DNA of 64,000 nucleotides from an uncultured Nitrospiraceae bacterium (GTDB lineage Bacteria > Nitrospirota > Thermodesulfovibrionia > Thermodesulfovibrionales > SM23-35), in contig CAVSHB010000003.1 in NCBI GenBank assembly GCA_963727775.1, positions 480,001-544,000 of the forward strand, in the 5' to 3' direction. The notes under the pieces are model-generated. The model worked only from the letters and a program-made list of their open reading frames with translations. It ran no database searches and was not told the DNA's origin. Below are positions 9,422 to 20,206 of the stretch, piece after piece. The position numbers were made by a program, and so were the translations under genes. The number at the start of each line of letters is the position of its first letter. Position 1 is the first letter of the stretch.

Positions 9422-10358
9422 AGTAGTAGATCTCAAAAAATACTTTCCGGTTAAAAAGGGAATATTTGCCGGGCATGAATGGTTAAAGGCAGTAGACGGC
9501 GTAAGTTTTTCTATCAATGACGGAGCAGTATTTGCCCTGGTCGGCGAAAGCGGTTCCGGAAAATCGACTGTTGCCAGACTGATTTTAAAATTAATCCCAC
9601 CCACATCAGGGCAGATACTCTTTCAGGATACCGATATCCAGGCGTTTAAAAAGGAATCGCTCAGGGACTTCAGAAAATCAGTGCAGATAATATTTCAGGA
9701 CCCATTTGCATCATTAAACCCGAGGATGACGGTATTTGATACGATATCGGAGCCATTAAAAATACATAAGATTGTTAAGAAGTCCGAGCTTAAAGACAAG
9801 GTCATCAGCCTTCTTGGCAGCGTAGGGCTTCAGGCGGATATACTGAACCGCTATCCTCACGAATTCAGCGGAGGCCAGAGACAGAGGATATGTATTGCAA
9901 GGGCACTTGCAGTCTCCCCCAAAGTGATTGTAGCGGATGAGCCGCTCTCTGCGCTGGATGTATCCATACAGGCGCAGATATTGAATATTCTTCAGGGACT
10001 CCAGAGACAGTCGGATATCTCATTCCTGTTCATAAGCCATGATTTGAGAGTGGTCCAATACTTCAGTGATGAAGTTGCAGTCATGTATCTCGGAAAGATA
10101 GTCGAACATGCAAAGACGGATAACCTCTTTAGTAACCCTTTGCATCCTTACACTATTGAGCTGCTCTCCTCCGCTCCCAAGATAAAACCTGACGGTAAGA
10201 AGAGAGAGGTCCTTAAAGGTGATGTGCCGAGTCCTATAGATATTCCGCCTGGATGTCCTTTCCACCCGAGATGCCCCAAAAGATTCGAGCCGTGCGATAA
10301 AATTGTACCTCAATTAAAAGAGATAAAAGACAGGCATGTATCATGCCATCTGTTCTAA
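9408..10358 (+). CDS. Oligopeptide/dipeptide ABC transporter ATPase (OppF/DppF type)
   Basis: GESGSGKS, FSGGQRQR and GCPFHPRC. Confidence 0.95.
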   Translation: MGIIEVVDLKKYFPVKKGIFAGHEWLKAVDGVSFSINDGAVFALVGESGSGKSTVARLILKLIPPTSGQILFQDTDIQAFKKESLRDFRKSVQIIFQDPFASLNPRMTVFDTISEPLKIHKIVKKSELKDKVISLLGSVGLQADILNRYPHEFSGGQRQRICIARALAVSPKVIVADEPLSALDVSIQAQILNILQGLQRQSDISFLFISHDLRVVQYFSDEVAVMYLGKIVEHAKTDNLFSNPLHPYTIELLSSAPKIKPDGKKREVLKGDVPSPIDIPPGCPFHPRCPKRFEPCDKIVPQLKEIKDRHVSCHLF

Positions 10359-11224
10359 AAGCTCTCCTCTTCCTCTGCTCCCCACAGACGCGGATCTATT
10401 GCATCCCTCAACCCCTCACCGAAAAGGTTATAGCTTAATACTGTTATCAGTATTGCAAGTCCCGGATAAAGAGAGAGCCACCATGCGATTTCTATATTAT
10501 CTTTGCCTAAGGTCAGAATATTTCCCCAGCTTGGAGTCGGAGGCTGAACGCCTATACCGAGAAAGCTCAATGCAGATTCAACAAGCACAGCGCCTGCTAT
10601 GCCAAGGACAGCGGAGACAAGCACCGGTGACATGCTGTTTATCATTATATGTTTAAAGATAATCCTAAAGTCACTTGCACCAATGGCTTTCGCAGCAAGG
10701 ACAAACTCTCTTTCTTTCAGGGATAAAAATTCAGCCCTTACCAGCCTTGCAACCCCCATCCAAGCAGTAAGGCCTATTACAATCATTATATTCCATATGC
10801 TCGGTCCGATGAAGGCAATAACTGCAAGGATAAGGAAAAAAGTCGGGATGGAGAGCATTATGTCTATGAACCTCATGATTATCCTGTCAAACCAGCCGCC
10901 GTAATATCCCGATATGGCTCCGAGGATCGTACCTATGATTGTCGCAATTCCGATAGCAACAAAACCTACTGCAAGGGATATCCTGGCGCCCCATATCATC
11001 CTACTCAAGACGTCCCTGCCCAGATCGTCCGTACCCATAAGATGATGTAATCCCGGAGGTTCAAGGACATGGTGCCTGTCTATGTCATCAGGATTGAAGG
11101 GAGAGATCAAAGGGGCACTCACCGCGACGATAAATAGTGTCAGAACGATGATTCCACCGATTACGGAAAGCTTATTCGTTCTGAGCCGCTTCCAGACAGG
11201 TTTTCTGATATTGTGATTTCTCAT
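10355..11224 (-). CDS. Peptide ABC transporter permease (OppC/DppC type)
   Basis: GTDDLGRD, EAA-like loop and LSFLGIG..PPTPSWG. Confidence 0.95.
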   Translation of the reverse strand: MRNHNIRKPVWKRLRTNKLSVIGGIIVLTLFIVAVSAPLISPFNPDDIDRHHVLEPPGLHHLMGTDDLGRDVLSRMIWGARISLAVGFVAIGIATIIGTILGAISGYYGGWFDRIIMRFIDIMLSIPTFFLILAVIAFIGPSIWNIMIVIGLTAWMGVARLVRAEFLSLKEREFVLAAKAIGASDFRIIFKHIMINSMSPVLVSAVLGIAGAVLVESALSFLGIGVQPPTPSWGNILTLGKDNIEIAWWLSLYPGLAILITVLSYNLFGEGLRDAIDPRLWGAEEEESF

Positions 11225-11227
11225 GAC

Positions 11228-12226
11228 CTACTTTGCCCTTATCCTGGGGTCCGCTATCATATAGCCTATATCCGCCATCAGGTTTCCAAGCAAAGTTGCG
11301 GCAGCGCCGATAGTCAAGATGCACATGACCATCGGATAATCCCTTGTCATAACACTCATGAAGAACAGCTGCCCCATTCCCGGTATCCCGAAGATGTTCT
11401 CAAAGATCACACTTCCGCCTATCAGACTCCCGATGCTGAGACCCATCAGAGTTATGATCGGAAGCAATGCGTTTCTGAACGCATGTTTGTAAATAACCGT
11501 TTTTTCCGGCAGGCCTTTTGCCCTGGCTACAGTAACATAATCCTGTCTGATAACCTCAAGCATGCTGCCTCGCATGAACCTCGAATCAGCGGCGAGCCCT
11601 GTGAATGCAGAGACAAAAATAGGAAGGACCAGGTGTTTGATCAGGTCCCAGATTTTACCGGACAAAGTAAGTGAATCGAAATTCATGGACTTAAGCTGGG
11701 ATATCGGCAGCAAGTGCAAGTGCACCCCGAATAAAATCATAAGGAGCAATGCAAGCCAGAATGACGGCGTGGCAAAGCCGATGAATACCCCTGTAGTCGT
11801 TATCTTGTCATACAAAGAATTCCGGTGGGTTGCAGAAAAAATCCCGAGCGGTATCGCAATGGCAAGAATGACTACCATAGAAAGCAGATTTATCATAAAG
11901 GTGATAAAGAGCCTCCTTTCTATCAAAGGCCTTTTTTCATCCCATATCTTCTGGGTAACAGGTCTTCTGTCGGAAGAAAAGGAATCGCCAAAATCGAGCC
12001 TGACAACCCTTTTCAGCCACAAGCCGTACTGGATAATTATCGGTTTATCGAGCCCATAATATTTTTCGAGTTTCTCCCTTGCTTCGGGTGTAATCTTTGG
12101 ATTTAGTTCCGTGAATATGTCGGTTGGTTTACCGGGAGCGAGATGTATGATAAAGAACGAGATCAATGTAATACCGAATAGGGTGGGGATTATTTCAAGA
12201 AGGCGTTTGAACAGATAGGTCAGCAT
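11228..12226 (-). CDS. Peptide ABC transporter permease (OppB/DppB type)
   Basis: [21 protein letters not shown] and DPRI. Confidence 0.95.
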   Translation of the reverse strand: MLTYLFKRLLEIIPTLFGITLISFFIIHLAPGKPTDIFTELNPKITPEAREKLEKYYGLDKPIIIQYGLWLKRVVRLDFGDSFSSDRRPVTQKIWDEKRPLIERRLFITFMINLLSMVVILAIAIPLGIFSATHRNSLYDKITTTGVFIGFATPSFWLALLLMILFGVHLHLLPISQLKSMNFDSLTLSGKIWDLIKHLVLPIFVSAFTGLAADSRFMRGSMLEVIRQDYVTVARAKGLPEKTVIYKHAFRNALLPIITLMGLSIGSLIGGSVIFENIFGIPGMGQLFFMSVMTRDYPMVMCILTIGAAATLLGNLMADIGYMIADPRIRAK

Positions 12227-13867
12227 CTAAGGCTCCAATCTGTGCCGCTGTGAACCCTCAGGCACATACCATTTTGGAAGATTATATGTTATTCCTATAG
12301 GTGAAGGAATGATACCCCTGAACCTTGCATGCACGATCGGTGTTGCATCCGGCACGTATAAAAAGATATAAGGCAGATCTTCCGAGAGTATTTCCTGTAT
12401 CCTGAAGTATGCCTTTTTCCTTTCTCCAATATCGAACGTCCGCCGGCCTTTTTCAAGAAGCTCATCAACTTCCGGGTTCTTATAACTAACGAAATTGAAT
12501 TCCTTTTCCCTTGTCTTGCTTGAATGCCAGATGTCATATTGGTCAGGGTCAAGGCCTATGCTCCAGCCGAGCAGTACAGCCTCAAACCGCCGCTTATCTA
12601 TAAATTCATTAATAAACGTGGACCATTCAAGCGCCTTTATCTCGACTTTTATTCCTATATGTGCGAGCCTCCATTGGATGATGGTTGCGGTATTCATCCT
12701 GAGTTTGTTTCCCATATTTGTGAGGATGGTAAATCTGAATGGCCTTCCGTCTTTGTCCAGTATGCCATCGCCGTCGGTATCCTCCCACCCCGCCTCTTTA
12801 AGGAGCTGTTTTGCTTTCTCAACATCGTAATCATATTTTTTTACGTTCGGATTGTAAGGCCATGTGTTGGGGACATAAGGTCCTGTGGCCGGATTCCCAA
12901 GTCCGAAAAGAACTACATCTATGATCTCCCTTTTGTCGATCGCGTAAGCTATTGCCTGCCTTACACGCTTGTCTTTAAAAAATGGATGTTTTAGATTAAA
13001 GCCCATGTAAGTATAGGCGAATTGAGGATAACGATATTTATGGAAGTTTGTTCTGAAAAAGTCGTTCTCTGTCTGTTTTGTATACTGGATAGGTGTCAAT
13101 CCCATCATGTCGATCCCGCCTGTCCGGAGTTCGAGGAACATGGTAGCAGGGTCAGGGATAATCCTGTAAATAAATTGATCGATATAAGGTCTTCCCTCGA
13201 AATACTCCTTGTTTGATTTAAGTACCAGTTCCTGGCCGGGGACCCATTTGTCGAGCTTATAAGGCCCCATTCCCACGGGATTTCTTGTAAGGTCGCTCTT
13301 TGTTATATCTTTGCCTTCAAGGAGATGTTTTGGAAGAATGACTAAGCTTGAAGCCCATGAAGAGAGTGCAGGAGCAAAGGTCTTTTCGTAAGTAACTCTG
13401 AAAGTATATCTGTCAATAACCTCTGCCTTTTTGACCTGTTTGAAATCTTCACTGTATGCAGTAGGAGTCTTTTCATCAATAATGGTTTTATAGCCGAACA
13501 TCACGTCGTCAGCCGTAAACTCGACCCCGTCAGTCCATTTCACCCCCTTTTTAAGGTGGAAGGTGATGACAAGACCGTCTTTTGATATATCCCAGGATTC
13601 GGCGAGGTCACCAATAATGCTTAGGTCGGTGTCATACTTCACGAGACCATTAAAAACAAGTCCTGCAATCTCATGGGATGACTGATCTCCTGCAAGCATC
13701 GGGATAAGAACGCTTGGCTCCCCGATAGACCCTTCTATCAGTGCATCGCCGTACGCAGGTTCCTTATCTCCTCCCAGCATGGTTTGAACAGTTGTTGCGG
13801 GCTGGTTCTTACATCCTGAAATGCAGAAGACAATTAAACTAATTATATAAAGAAAAACGTTTTTCAT
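12227..13867 (-). CDS. Peptide ABC transporter substrate-binding lipoprotein (family 5)
   Basis: Lipobox ISGC; LAESW, WTDGVEFTADDV and RVRQAI. Confidence 0.93.
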   Translation of the reverse strand: MKNVFLYIISLIVFCISGCKNQPATTVQTMLGGDKEPAYGDALIEGSIGEPSVLIPMLAGDQSSHEIAGLVFNGLVKYDTDLSIIGDLAESWDISKDGLVITFHLKKGVKWTDGVEFTADDVMFGYKTIIDEKTPTAYSEDFKQVKKAEVIDRYTFRVTYEKTFAPALSSWASSLVILPKHLLEGKDITKSDLTRNPVGMGPYKLDKWVPGQELVLKSNKEYFEGRPYIDQFIYRIIPDPATMFLELRTGGIDMMGLTPIQYTKQTENDFFRTNFHKYRYPQFAYTYMGFNLKHPFFKDKRVRQAIAYAIDKREIIDVVLFGLGNPATGPYVPNTWPYNPNVKKYDYDVEKAKQLLKEAGWEDTDGDGILDKDGRPFRFTILTNMGNKLRMNTATIIQWRLAHIGIKVEIKALEWSTFINEFIDKRRFEAVLLGWSIGLDPDQYDIWHSSKTREKEFNFVSYKNPEVDELLEKGRRTFDIGERKKAYFRIQEILSEDLPYIFLYVPDATPIVHARFRGIIPSPIGITYNLPKWYVPEGSQRHRLEP

Positions 13868-13898
13868 TTTTAAGAATACTTCAAATAATTCTCATTAG

Positions 13899-16682
13899 TT
13901 AATAAGCGCCAACGAAATTTTTTTTCAAATACTTCCCTGTATACGACTTATCGATATTGATGATTTCTTCCGGCATGCCTGCGAAGATGACTTCTCCGCC
14001 CCTGTCCCCGCCTTCCGGACCCAAATCGATGATCCAGTCCGCAGCCCTTATAACATCGAGATTGTGCTCGATAATGAGGACGGTGTTCCCTGCATCGACC
14101 AATCGCTGAAGGACATCAAGCAATGCCTTAATATCCCTAAAATGCAGGCCGATAGTCGGCTCATCAAGAATATACAAAAAACCCTTATTGCTCGCTCCCG
14201 CCTTCCCCCTACTCGCCGGGGATGAAGGAGGATTCGCCATCTCAGCGCATATCTTCAGCCTCTGTGCCTCTCCCCCTGACAAAGTCGTTGCAGGCTGACC
14301 GACCTTTAGATAGCCGAGGCCGACCTCTCTCATTAATGAAAATTTATTTTTAATTTTGGGACTGTCGTGAAACAGTTCAAAGGCTTCGTCTATCGTCATG
14401 TTTAAAATCTCATCGATATTTTTGCCGCGATAGCTGACCCTCAAGGCCTCCGGTTTATATCTCTGTCCATTACACTCTTCACATTTTACATAAAGGTCTT
14501 CAAAAAAATACATTTCCATCCTCTCATACCCTGCGCCTTTGCATGTTTCGCACCTGCCGCCCGGGACGTTAAAAGAGAAGAAGCCGGGCTTATACCGGTG
14601 GGCTCTTGCTTCCGTCTGTTCGGAGAATATTTTTCTGATCAAATCAAATATCTTTAAATAGGTTACCGGATTTGATCTGGGGCTTCGGCCTATCGGGGAC
14701 TGGGAGATGAGTTTAACGCCTTTTAAACTTTGCGAGCCTTCAATTTTCGTATATGGCAGAGGGAAATCGTGTTCTGTCTTAAACTCTCTGGCCAAAGCCC
14801 TGTAAAGTGTCTCTACAATAAGGCTGCTCTTGCCCGAGCCGGAGACCCCTGTGACTGTTGTCAATGTCTGCAAAGGAATATCAATATCTACAGATTTCAG
14901 GTTGTTTCCTGAAGCGCCGTAAAGCGTAAGCTTTTTGTTCATCTTTATTCTCTGCTCAGCGCTTACTGTTTTTAATGGGGGCTCTATTGTATCAATCCCT
15001 TTTATATAGCGCGAGGTGAGTGTGTCGGTTTCCAAAAACTCATCCTTCGGGCCTGAAAATACAATCTCTCCTCCCTGGTGTCCGCCTCCGGGTCCCAATT
15101 CAACTATCCAGTTAGCAGACTCAATAATGCTTCGGTCATGTTCAACAACAAGGACGGTATTCCCCAGTCTTGAAAGCTCTGCCATAATGTCTGCTATGAT
15201 TTCCGTGTCCCGGGCATGAAGTCCGACAGTCGGCTCATCGAGGACGTACAGAGTCCCTGTCAGGAATGAGGCGATCTGATTTGAGAGATTTACCCTTTGA
15301 TACTCACCACCCGAAAGTGTTCTCCCTTCCCGGCTCAGACTGAGATAATCAAGTCCGACTCTTTTCAGGAAAGCGAGTTTAAGGTCAATCTGCCTGAGGA
15401 CCTCTTTTGCCGTATCTCGTTGAAAAAGAGAGACATCAAGATCACGAAAAAACTTTATTATTTCCGATACCGGCTTATTACAGAGCTCTGCAATGTTTAA
15501 TCCTGAAAGACGGTAAGCCAAAGATTCTTTGCTCAGTCTTTGCCCGCCGCATTGAGGGCAGGTTACCGGCCTCCTGTATCTGCTGAGAAATACCCTTACA
15601 TGGAGTTTATATCTCCTGCCTTCCATATCTTCAAAAAAATCGTCAATTCCATAAAAGCCCTTACGTCCCTTAAAGAGTAAGGCCTTCTCTTCTTCATCAA
15701 ACTCAGAATAAGGTTTATCAATATCAAGCCCCTTTTTTCCGGCGCTTTTAACAAGCTGCTTCTTCCACCACCTGTACGCAGGTTTGTTCCATGGATCTAC
15801 TGCGCCATCCGACAAAGAAAGACTTTTATCAGGGATAATCAAATCCTCATCATACCTCAGGATGTTGCCGAACCCTTTGCATTCAGGACAGGCGCCGACA
15901 GGATGGTTGAAAGAAAAAAGGAGAGGATACGGCTTCTGCAACTCTATGTTGCAATCATCGCAGGCATTCCTTGATGAAAAAGAAAGGATCGTGTGCCCTC
16001 TGTCTTCTATGAGAATGACCTTTGCCTTTCCGTTCCCTTCCCTCCACGCCATCTCTATCGAGTCTGATAATCTCGGATCATCTCTTAGTACAAGCCTGTC
16101 AAGGACGATATTGAGGGATGAAGGCTGAGGGGTGAGGGATGAAAGGTCGAGCACTTCGCCATTATGCCATATCCGGTAAAAACCTCTTTTTTTCAATTCA
16201 TCAACCGGCTCATGGGTCTCAAAGACGATGATCACTTTTTTACCGGGATGGTTCTCAAGAAGTTCAGAAACAACCTGCGAGGGGTCCCATATCCTAATCT
16301 CCTTTCCACAGACCGGACAGAAAGGGGCGGCGATCTTCGAATACAGGAGCCTGAAAAGGTCATACAGTTCCGTTAATGTGCCGACCGTAGACCGGGAGCC
16401 GCGTACCGGGTTTTTCTGTTCAAGGGCTATAGCCGGCCTGATGTTATGAATTTCGTCAACATCGGGCCTGTCGAGTTTTTCGAGAAACAGCCTTGCATAG
16501 GTTGATAACGACTCAATGAATCTCCACTGGCCCTCAGCGAAGACAGTATCAAAGGCCAGAGAGGATTTTCCCGAACCTGATACTCCTGTGATCGCTATTA
16601 CCTTGTTATGGGGCAAGGTGAGATTAATGTTCTTAAGGTTATTCTGCCTGGCCCCGATAATGATCAGATCTTTAGTGGACAT
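13899..16682 (-). CDS. uvrA: Excinuclease ABC subunit A
   Basis: Two GVSGSGKSSL Walker A motifs, two LSGGE motifs, Zn fingers. Confidence 0.95.
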   Translation of the reverse strand: MSTKDLIIIGARQNNLKNINLTLPHNKVIAITGVSGSGKSSLAFDTVFAEGQWRFIESLSTYARLFLEKLDRPDVDEIHNIRPAIALEQKNPVRGSRSTVGTLTELYDLFRLLYSKIAAPFCPVCGKEIRIWDPSQVVSELLENHPGKKVIIVFETHEPVDELKKRGFYRIWHNGEVLDLSSLTPQPSSLNIVLDRLVLRDDPRLSDSIEMAWREGNGKAKVILIEDRGHTILSFSSRNACDDCNIELQKPYPLLFSFNHPVGACPECKGFGNILRYDEDLIIPDKSLSLSDGAVDPWNKPAYRWWKKQLVKSAGKKGLDIDKPYSEFDEEEKALLFKGRKGFYGIDDFFEDMEGRRYKLHVRVFLSRYRRPVTCPQCGGQRLSKESLAYRLSGLNIAELCNKPVSEIIKFFRDLDVSLFQRDTAKEVLRQIDLKLAFLKRVGLDYLSLSREGRTLSGGEYQRVNLSNQIASFLTGTLYVLDEPTVGLHARDTEIIADIMAELSRLGNTVLVVEHDRSIIESANWIVELGPGGGHQGGEIVFSGPKDEFLETDTLTSRYIKGIDTIEPPLKTVSAEQRIKMNKKLTLYGASGNNLKSVDIDIPLQTLTTVTGVSGSGKSSLIVETLYRALAREFKTEHDFPLPYTKIEGSQSLKGVKLISQSPIGRSPRSNPVTYLKIFDLIRKIFSEQTEARAHRYKPGFFSFNVPGGRCETCKGAGYERMEMYFFEDLYVKCEECNGQRYKPEALRVSYRGKNIDEILNMTIDEAFELFHDSPKIKNKFSLMREVGLGYLKVGQPATTLSGGEAQRLKICAEMANPPSSPASRGKAGASNKGFLYILDEPTIGLHFRDIKALLDVLQRLVDAGNTVLIIEHNLDVIRAADWIIDLGPEGGDRGGEVIFAGMPEEIINIDKSYTGKYLKKNFVGAY

Positions 16683-16767
16683 CCAGATATTTTAACACGT
16701 TTAAACAGCGCTGACGTGCAGTATGATCGCGGATGGGAACGGGGTTTGGATTAGGGAAATATGAAGT

Positions 16768-16803
16768 AACCCCTCCCAACCTCCCCTTAATCTAAGAGGA
16801 GGA
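16768..16803 (+). repeat. REP-like palindromic unit (same family as 5321-5420)
   Basis: AACCCCTCCCAACCTCCCCTTAATCTAAGAGGAGG. Confidence 0.6.
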
Positions 16804-16870
16804 GATAATTAAAAATTATGAAATGATAATCAAGTGCAGCGAGAAACTAATGAATGATAGTGAGGAGCGG

Positions 16871-17020
16871 TTAATAAACGTGTTTCCGATGTTTCACGGT
16901 GAGGACAAATGCAATATGTTTTGCAGCGTCAAGCTCATAGACAATGCGGTAATTACCGAGTCTCAGAGAGAACTCTCCTTTATGATTGCCGCCGAGTGGT
17001 TTTCCGCTCCTTGGGTTATG
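16871..17020 (-). pseudogene. RelE/ParE toxin C-terminal remnant
   Basis: Translates to HNPRSGKPLGGNHKGEFSLRLGNYRIVYELDAAKHIAFVLTVKHRKHVY*; N-terminal half missing. Confidence 0.75.
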
Positions 17021-17047
17021 CTTCTACGCCCATAATTCATCACTCAT

Positions 17048-18528
17048 TGTTAGCAATTTTTTAAAAGTGAACTCTTTAAGAATTAAAAGTGAACCCTTGT
17101 TAAAGGACGGAATAGGAAGGAAATGAACGAAGTGAAAGAGTGCGTTTTTCACTTCGTTCATTTTTGCTTTACCATATCGGCAAATTCAAATCCTTATTTT
17201 TAGCTCGTTGGACGTCAACGAGGTGGCCGTTGCACCAGAATCTGACTTCAGAGAGAATCTTGTTCATGGGATAAATGCGGATATTCACCTTTTCACCTGG
17301 GGTAACATGATTAATTTTCAGGACCAGGTTATTGATGGATATTCTACGGTGAGAATCAACAGTTCTGTTAAGCCTTAGACAAAATATATCTTTGGGGGAT
17401 TGATAGGGAGGGATAACTTTGAACCGTCTAAAAAGGGACGTACCTTCTTTTAATGCTTTTTGGAATCTGAAATATGGGACTTCCTGAATTGTGGAATGTA
17501 CCTGACGGTAATTATATCTGTGGATTTCCTGATTGAGTATAGTTTGCGCTCGACTTATATCAGCCACATCTTCTCTGACACATGTTCTGACAAGTCTATC
17601 TTGGAGCCATTGATAAGGCCGTTCAATCTTCCCTTTTGCTTGGGGAGATAATGCATAGATGATTTTTACGTTGCAGTCATATAGAACCTGCTTCCATTGA
17701 GGGTCTGCTTCATCAGTTATCTTATGATGCTTGCGCCAGAAAGAGTCTCTGCCCTGCACAAACCGGAAGATAGAGTGTGAATCAACATAATAGGAGAAGG
17801 GTAAGCCGTGTGTAAGGATCAGGCTTTCCAGAGCGAGGATATGTGCCCACGAGGTTTCCTTCTTCAGCAATTTTGCGTAGAGGATATAACGGCTGTAATC
17901 ATCCAGAGAAGTGATCAAATACCATTTCTCTTGCGCGTTCGGTGCCCAAAGGTGATAGGAGGAATCATGCTGGATCAATTCCCCGGCATAGTTGGTCAAT
18001 ACTTCCCGGTCATGAACGGTTCTTTTTGGCTTCCTCAGATAAAAGTCGTTCTTCTTGGCTCTGTCAATGATCGTAGATAGAGCCACCGTCTGCTTATATT
18101 GCCTTTCCAGACGATCTTTGATATAGCTGTAGTTGTAAGAGCGGACGGGTACATCTTTGTCCTCTATCAACTTCTTCTCAATTACTAATTCTTTTAAAAT
18201 ATTGAATTCTACCGCTTCGGGTATCGCTCGGGTTTTGCCTTTCCGTACATACTGTATCGTGAATGCGGAAGGATTATAACGATATGCTTTTACTAAAGCA
18301 AAGAACCTTGTTTTGTTAATCCCAAGAATCTCTTGGAGATATTTTCTCCCTACCTCTTCCCTTAGATATTTCTCGATCAGTTCCTTGACTTGTTCATCGG
18401 TGAACTTCCTGTGTAACTGTGTCAAAATACGAGCCTCCTTTTTTGATGCTCATATTACACTTTCTCAGGTGTTCACTTTTAATTCATAAATTCGATTATA
18501 ACGGTTCACTTTTAATTCGTAACTGACA
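17048..18528 (-). mobile_element. IS1202-like (ISNCY) insertion sequence, 1481 bp
   Basis: TGT...ACA ends each with two TTAAAAGTGAAC sub-repeats; 16-bp direct repeat ATAATTCATCACTCAT at 17032-17047 and 18529-18544. Confidence 0.85.
17169..18425 (-). CDS. DDE transposase (IS1202/IS481-like)
   Basis: GELIQHDSS.H.W, LDDYS, YYVD.HSIF and SPQAKGKIER...LQDR. Confidence 0.9.
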   Translation of the reverse strand: MTQLHRKFTDEQVKELIEKYLREEVGRKYLQEILGINKTRFFALVKAYRYNPSAFTIQYVRKGKTRAIPEAVEFNILKELVIEKKLIEDKDVPVRSYNYSYIKDRLERQYKQTVALSTIIDRAKKNDFYLRKPKRTVHDREVLTNYAGELIQHDSSYHLWAPNAQEKWYLITSLDDYSRYILYAKLLKKETSWAHILALESLILTHGLPFSYYVDSHSIFRFVQGRDSFWRKHHKITDEADPQWKQVLYDCNVKIIYALSPQAKGKIERPYQWLQDRLVRTCVREDVADISRAQTILNQEIHRYNYRQVHSTIQEVPYFRFQKALKEGTSLFRRFKVIPPYQSPKDIFCLRLNRTVDSHRRISINNLVLKINHVTPGEKVNIRIYPMNKILSEVRFWCNGHLVDVQRAKNKDLNLPIW

Positions 18529-18544
18529 ATAATTCATCACTCAT

Positions 18545-18574
18545 TTGACAGTATCCCCGGTTCTATGGTTAAAT
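18545..18574 (+). promoter_or_regulatory. pyr operon promoter
   Basis: TTGACA-18-TTAAAT with a TG extension. Confidence 0.6.
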
Positions 18575-18579
18575 AGATA

Positions 18580-18690
18580 ACTTTTAAGAATGGCCCTGCG
18601 AGGCCAAGAAAGTAGAGGAGACAGCGTGAGCTGCGAAACACACAGAAGAGAGATAAACCTTCCGAATCAAAGGGAAGGTTTTTTTATGCC
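18580..18690 (+). promoter_or_regulatory. PyrR-binding attenuator with terminator
   Basis: CTTTTAA..GGCCCTGCGAGGCC..AAAG binding-loop-like hairpin, then AACCTTCC/GGAAGGTT plus T-run, upstream of pyrR. Confidence 0.75.
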
Positions 18691-18738
18691 TTTTTCTAAC
18701 ATCTGCATTACTTCAATTGGAGTCAAAGGGTCCATATT

Positions 18739-19296
18739 ATGTCTAAAGAATTAATGAACAAAAAGGATATCGACAGGGCTTTGACGCGGATGGCCCATGA
18801 GATAATAGAAAAAAACAAGGGCACAGGCAAGCTCTGTCTTGTGGGCATACAGCGGGGCGGGGTATACCTTGCCCAGAGGCTTGCTGCCAAGATCAAAGAG
18901 ATAGAAAAAAAGGAAATCCCCGTAGGGTCTTTGGACATAGCATTTTACAGGGATGACCTGAGTATAAGAAAGCAGCAGCCTGTGGTGAGGAGAACAGAGG
19001 TCCCTTTTGAAATTACAGATTTAAAAATAATACTCGTTGACGATGTCCTTTTTACGGGCAGGTCTATCAGGGCTGCTATGGATGCGCTTATGGACCTTGG
19101 AAGGCCCGCGGTAATCCAGCTTACCGTCCTGATAGACAGAGGACACCGGCAGCTCCCGATAAAGGCTGATTATGTGGGGAAAAACATTCCCACGGCCTTA
19201 AGCGAGACGGTCGAGGTCCAACTCGAAGAAGAAGGGTTCGGAGACAGGGTTATGCTCGAAAAAGCAGGGACTGAGGAAGGAAAAAGTGCTGAATAG
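18739..19296 (+). CDS. pyrR: Pyrimidine operon attenuator / UPRTase
   Basis: [26 protein letters not shown] and DRGHR. Confidence 0.96.
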   Translation: MSKELMNKKDIDRALTRMAHEIIEKNKGTGKLCLVGIQRGGVYLAQRLAAKIKEIEKKEIPVGSLDIAFYRDDLSIRKQQPVVRRTEVPFEITDLKIILVDDVLFTGRSIRAAMDALMDLGRPAVIQLTVLIDRGHRQLPIKADYVGKNIPTALSETVEVQLEEEGFGDRVMLEKAGTEEGKSAE

Positions 19297-20206
19297 CAAA
19301 GACTTGCTCGGGATAAAAGAACTCTCCATCGAAGAGATAAACCTAATCCTTGATACGGCAGCCGGATTTAAGGACGTGCTCGGAAGGGACATTAAGAAGG
19401 TCCCTGCTTTGCGCGGCAAGACCACGGTAAACCTCTTTTTTGAACCTTCTACCCGCACAAGAACGTCCTTTGAACTCGCCGCGAAGAGGCTCAGCACAGA
19501 TGTTATAAACTTTTCTGTCCCGACAAGCAGCGTAGTCAAAGGGGAGAGTCTGATCGATACAGCCCTGGCCGTCCAGGCCCTCGGCGCTGATTTTATAATC
19601 ATCAGGCATTCTTCGTCCGGGGTGCCGCATCTCCTCGCGAAAAACCTCAAATCCTCGGTCATCAATGCAGGAGACGGAACGAACGAACACCCCACACAGG
19701 CGCTCCTCGATGCTTTTACGATACTGGAAAAGAAAGGACGGATCAGAGATCTTGAGATTGCGATTGTTGGCGACATCATCCACAGCAGAGTGGCAAAATC
19801 GAATATTTATAGTCTGATCAAGCTTGGAGCAAAGGTCAGGCTGATCGGCCCACCGACACTGATACCGGAGGAGATAAAGGGCTTGGGCATCGATATTTTC
19901 CATAACATGGAAGACGGTCTGAAAGATGCGGATGTTCTTATGATGCTCCGGATACAGATGGAGAGACAGGGCAAAGGCTTCTTCCCCTCCACTGATGAAT
20001 ATTCGAAGAACTGGGGATTGACAGAGGCAAGGCTGTCATTGGCAAAGGATGATGTAATCGTTATGCATCCGGGTCCGATGAACCGCGGGATAGAGATCGC
20101 TTCCGAGATCGCAGACGGTCCGAGATCAGTAATTCTCGAACAGGTCACAAACGGGATTGCCGTAAGAATGGCGGTCATGTATCTGCTCGCAGGAGTGAAA
20201 AGATGA
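19286..20206 (+). CDS. pyrB: Aspartate carbamoyltransferase
   Basis: [17 protein letters not shown] and MHPGP. Confidence 0.97.
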   Translation: MLNSKDLLGIKELSIEEINLILDTAAGFKDVLGRDIKKVPALRGKTTVNLFFEPSTRTRTSFELAAKRLSTDVINFSVPTSSVVKGESLIDTALAVQALGADFIIIRHSSSGVPHLLAKNLKSSVINAGDGTNEHPTQALLDAFTILEKKGRIRDLEIAIVGDIIHSRVAKSNIYSLIKLGAKVRLIGPPTLIPEEIKGLGIDIFHNMEDGLKDADVLMMLRIQMERQGKGFFPSTDEYSKNWGLTEARLSLAKDDVIVMHPGPMNRGIEIASEIADGPRSVILEQVTNGIAVRMAVMYLLAGVKR

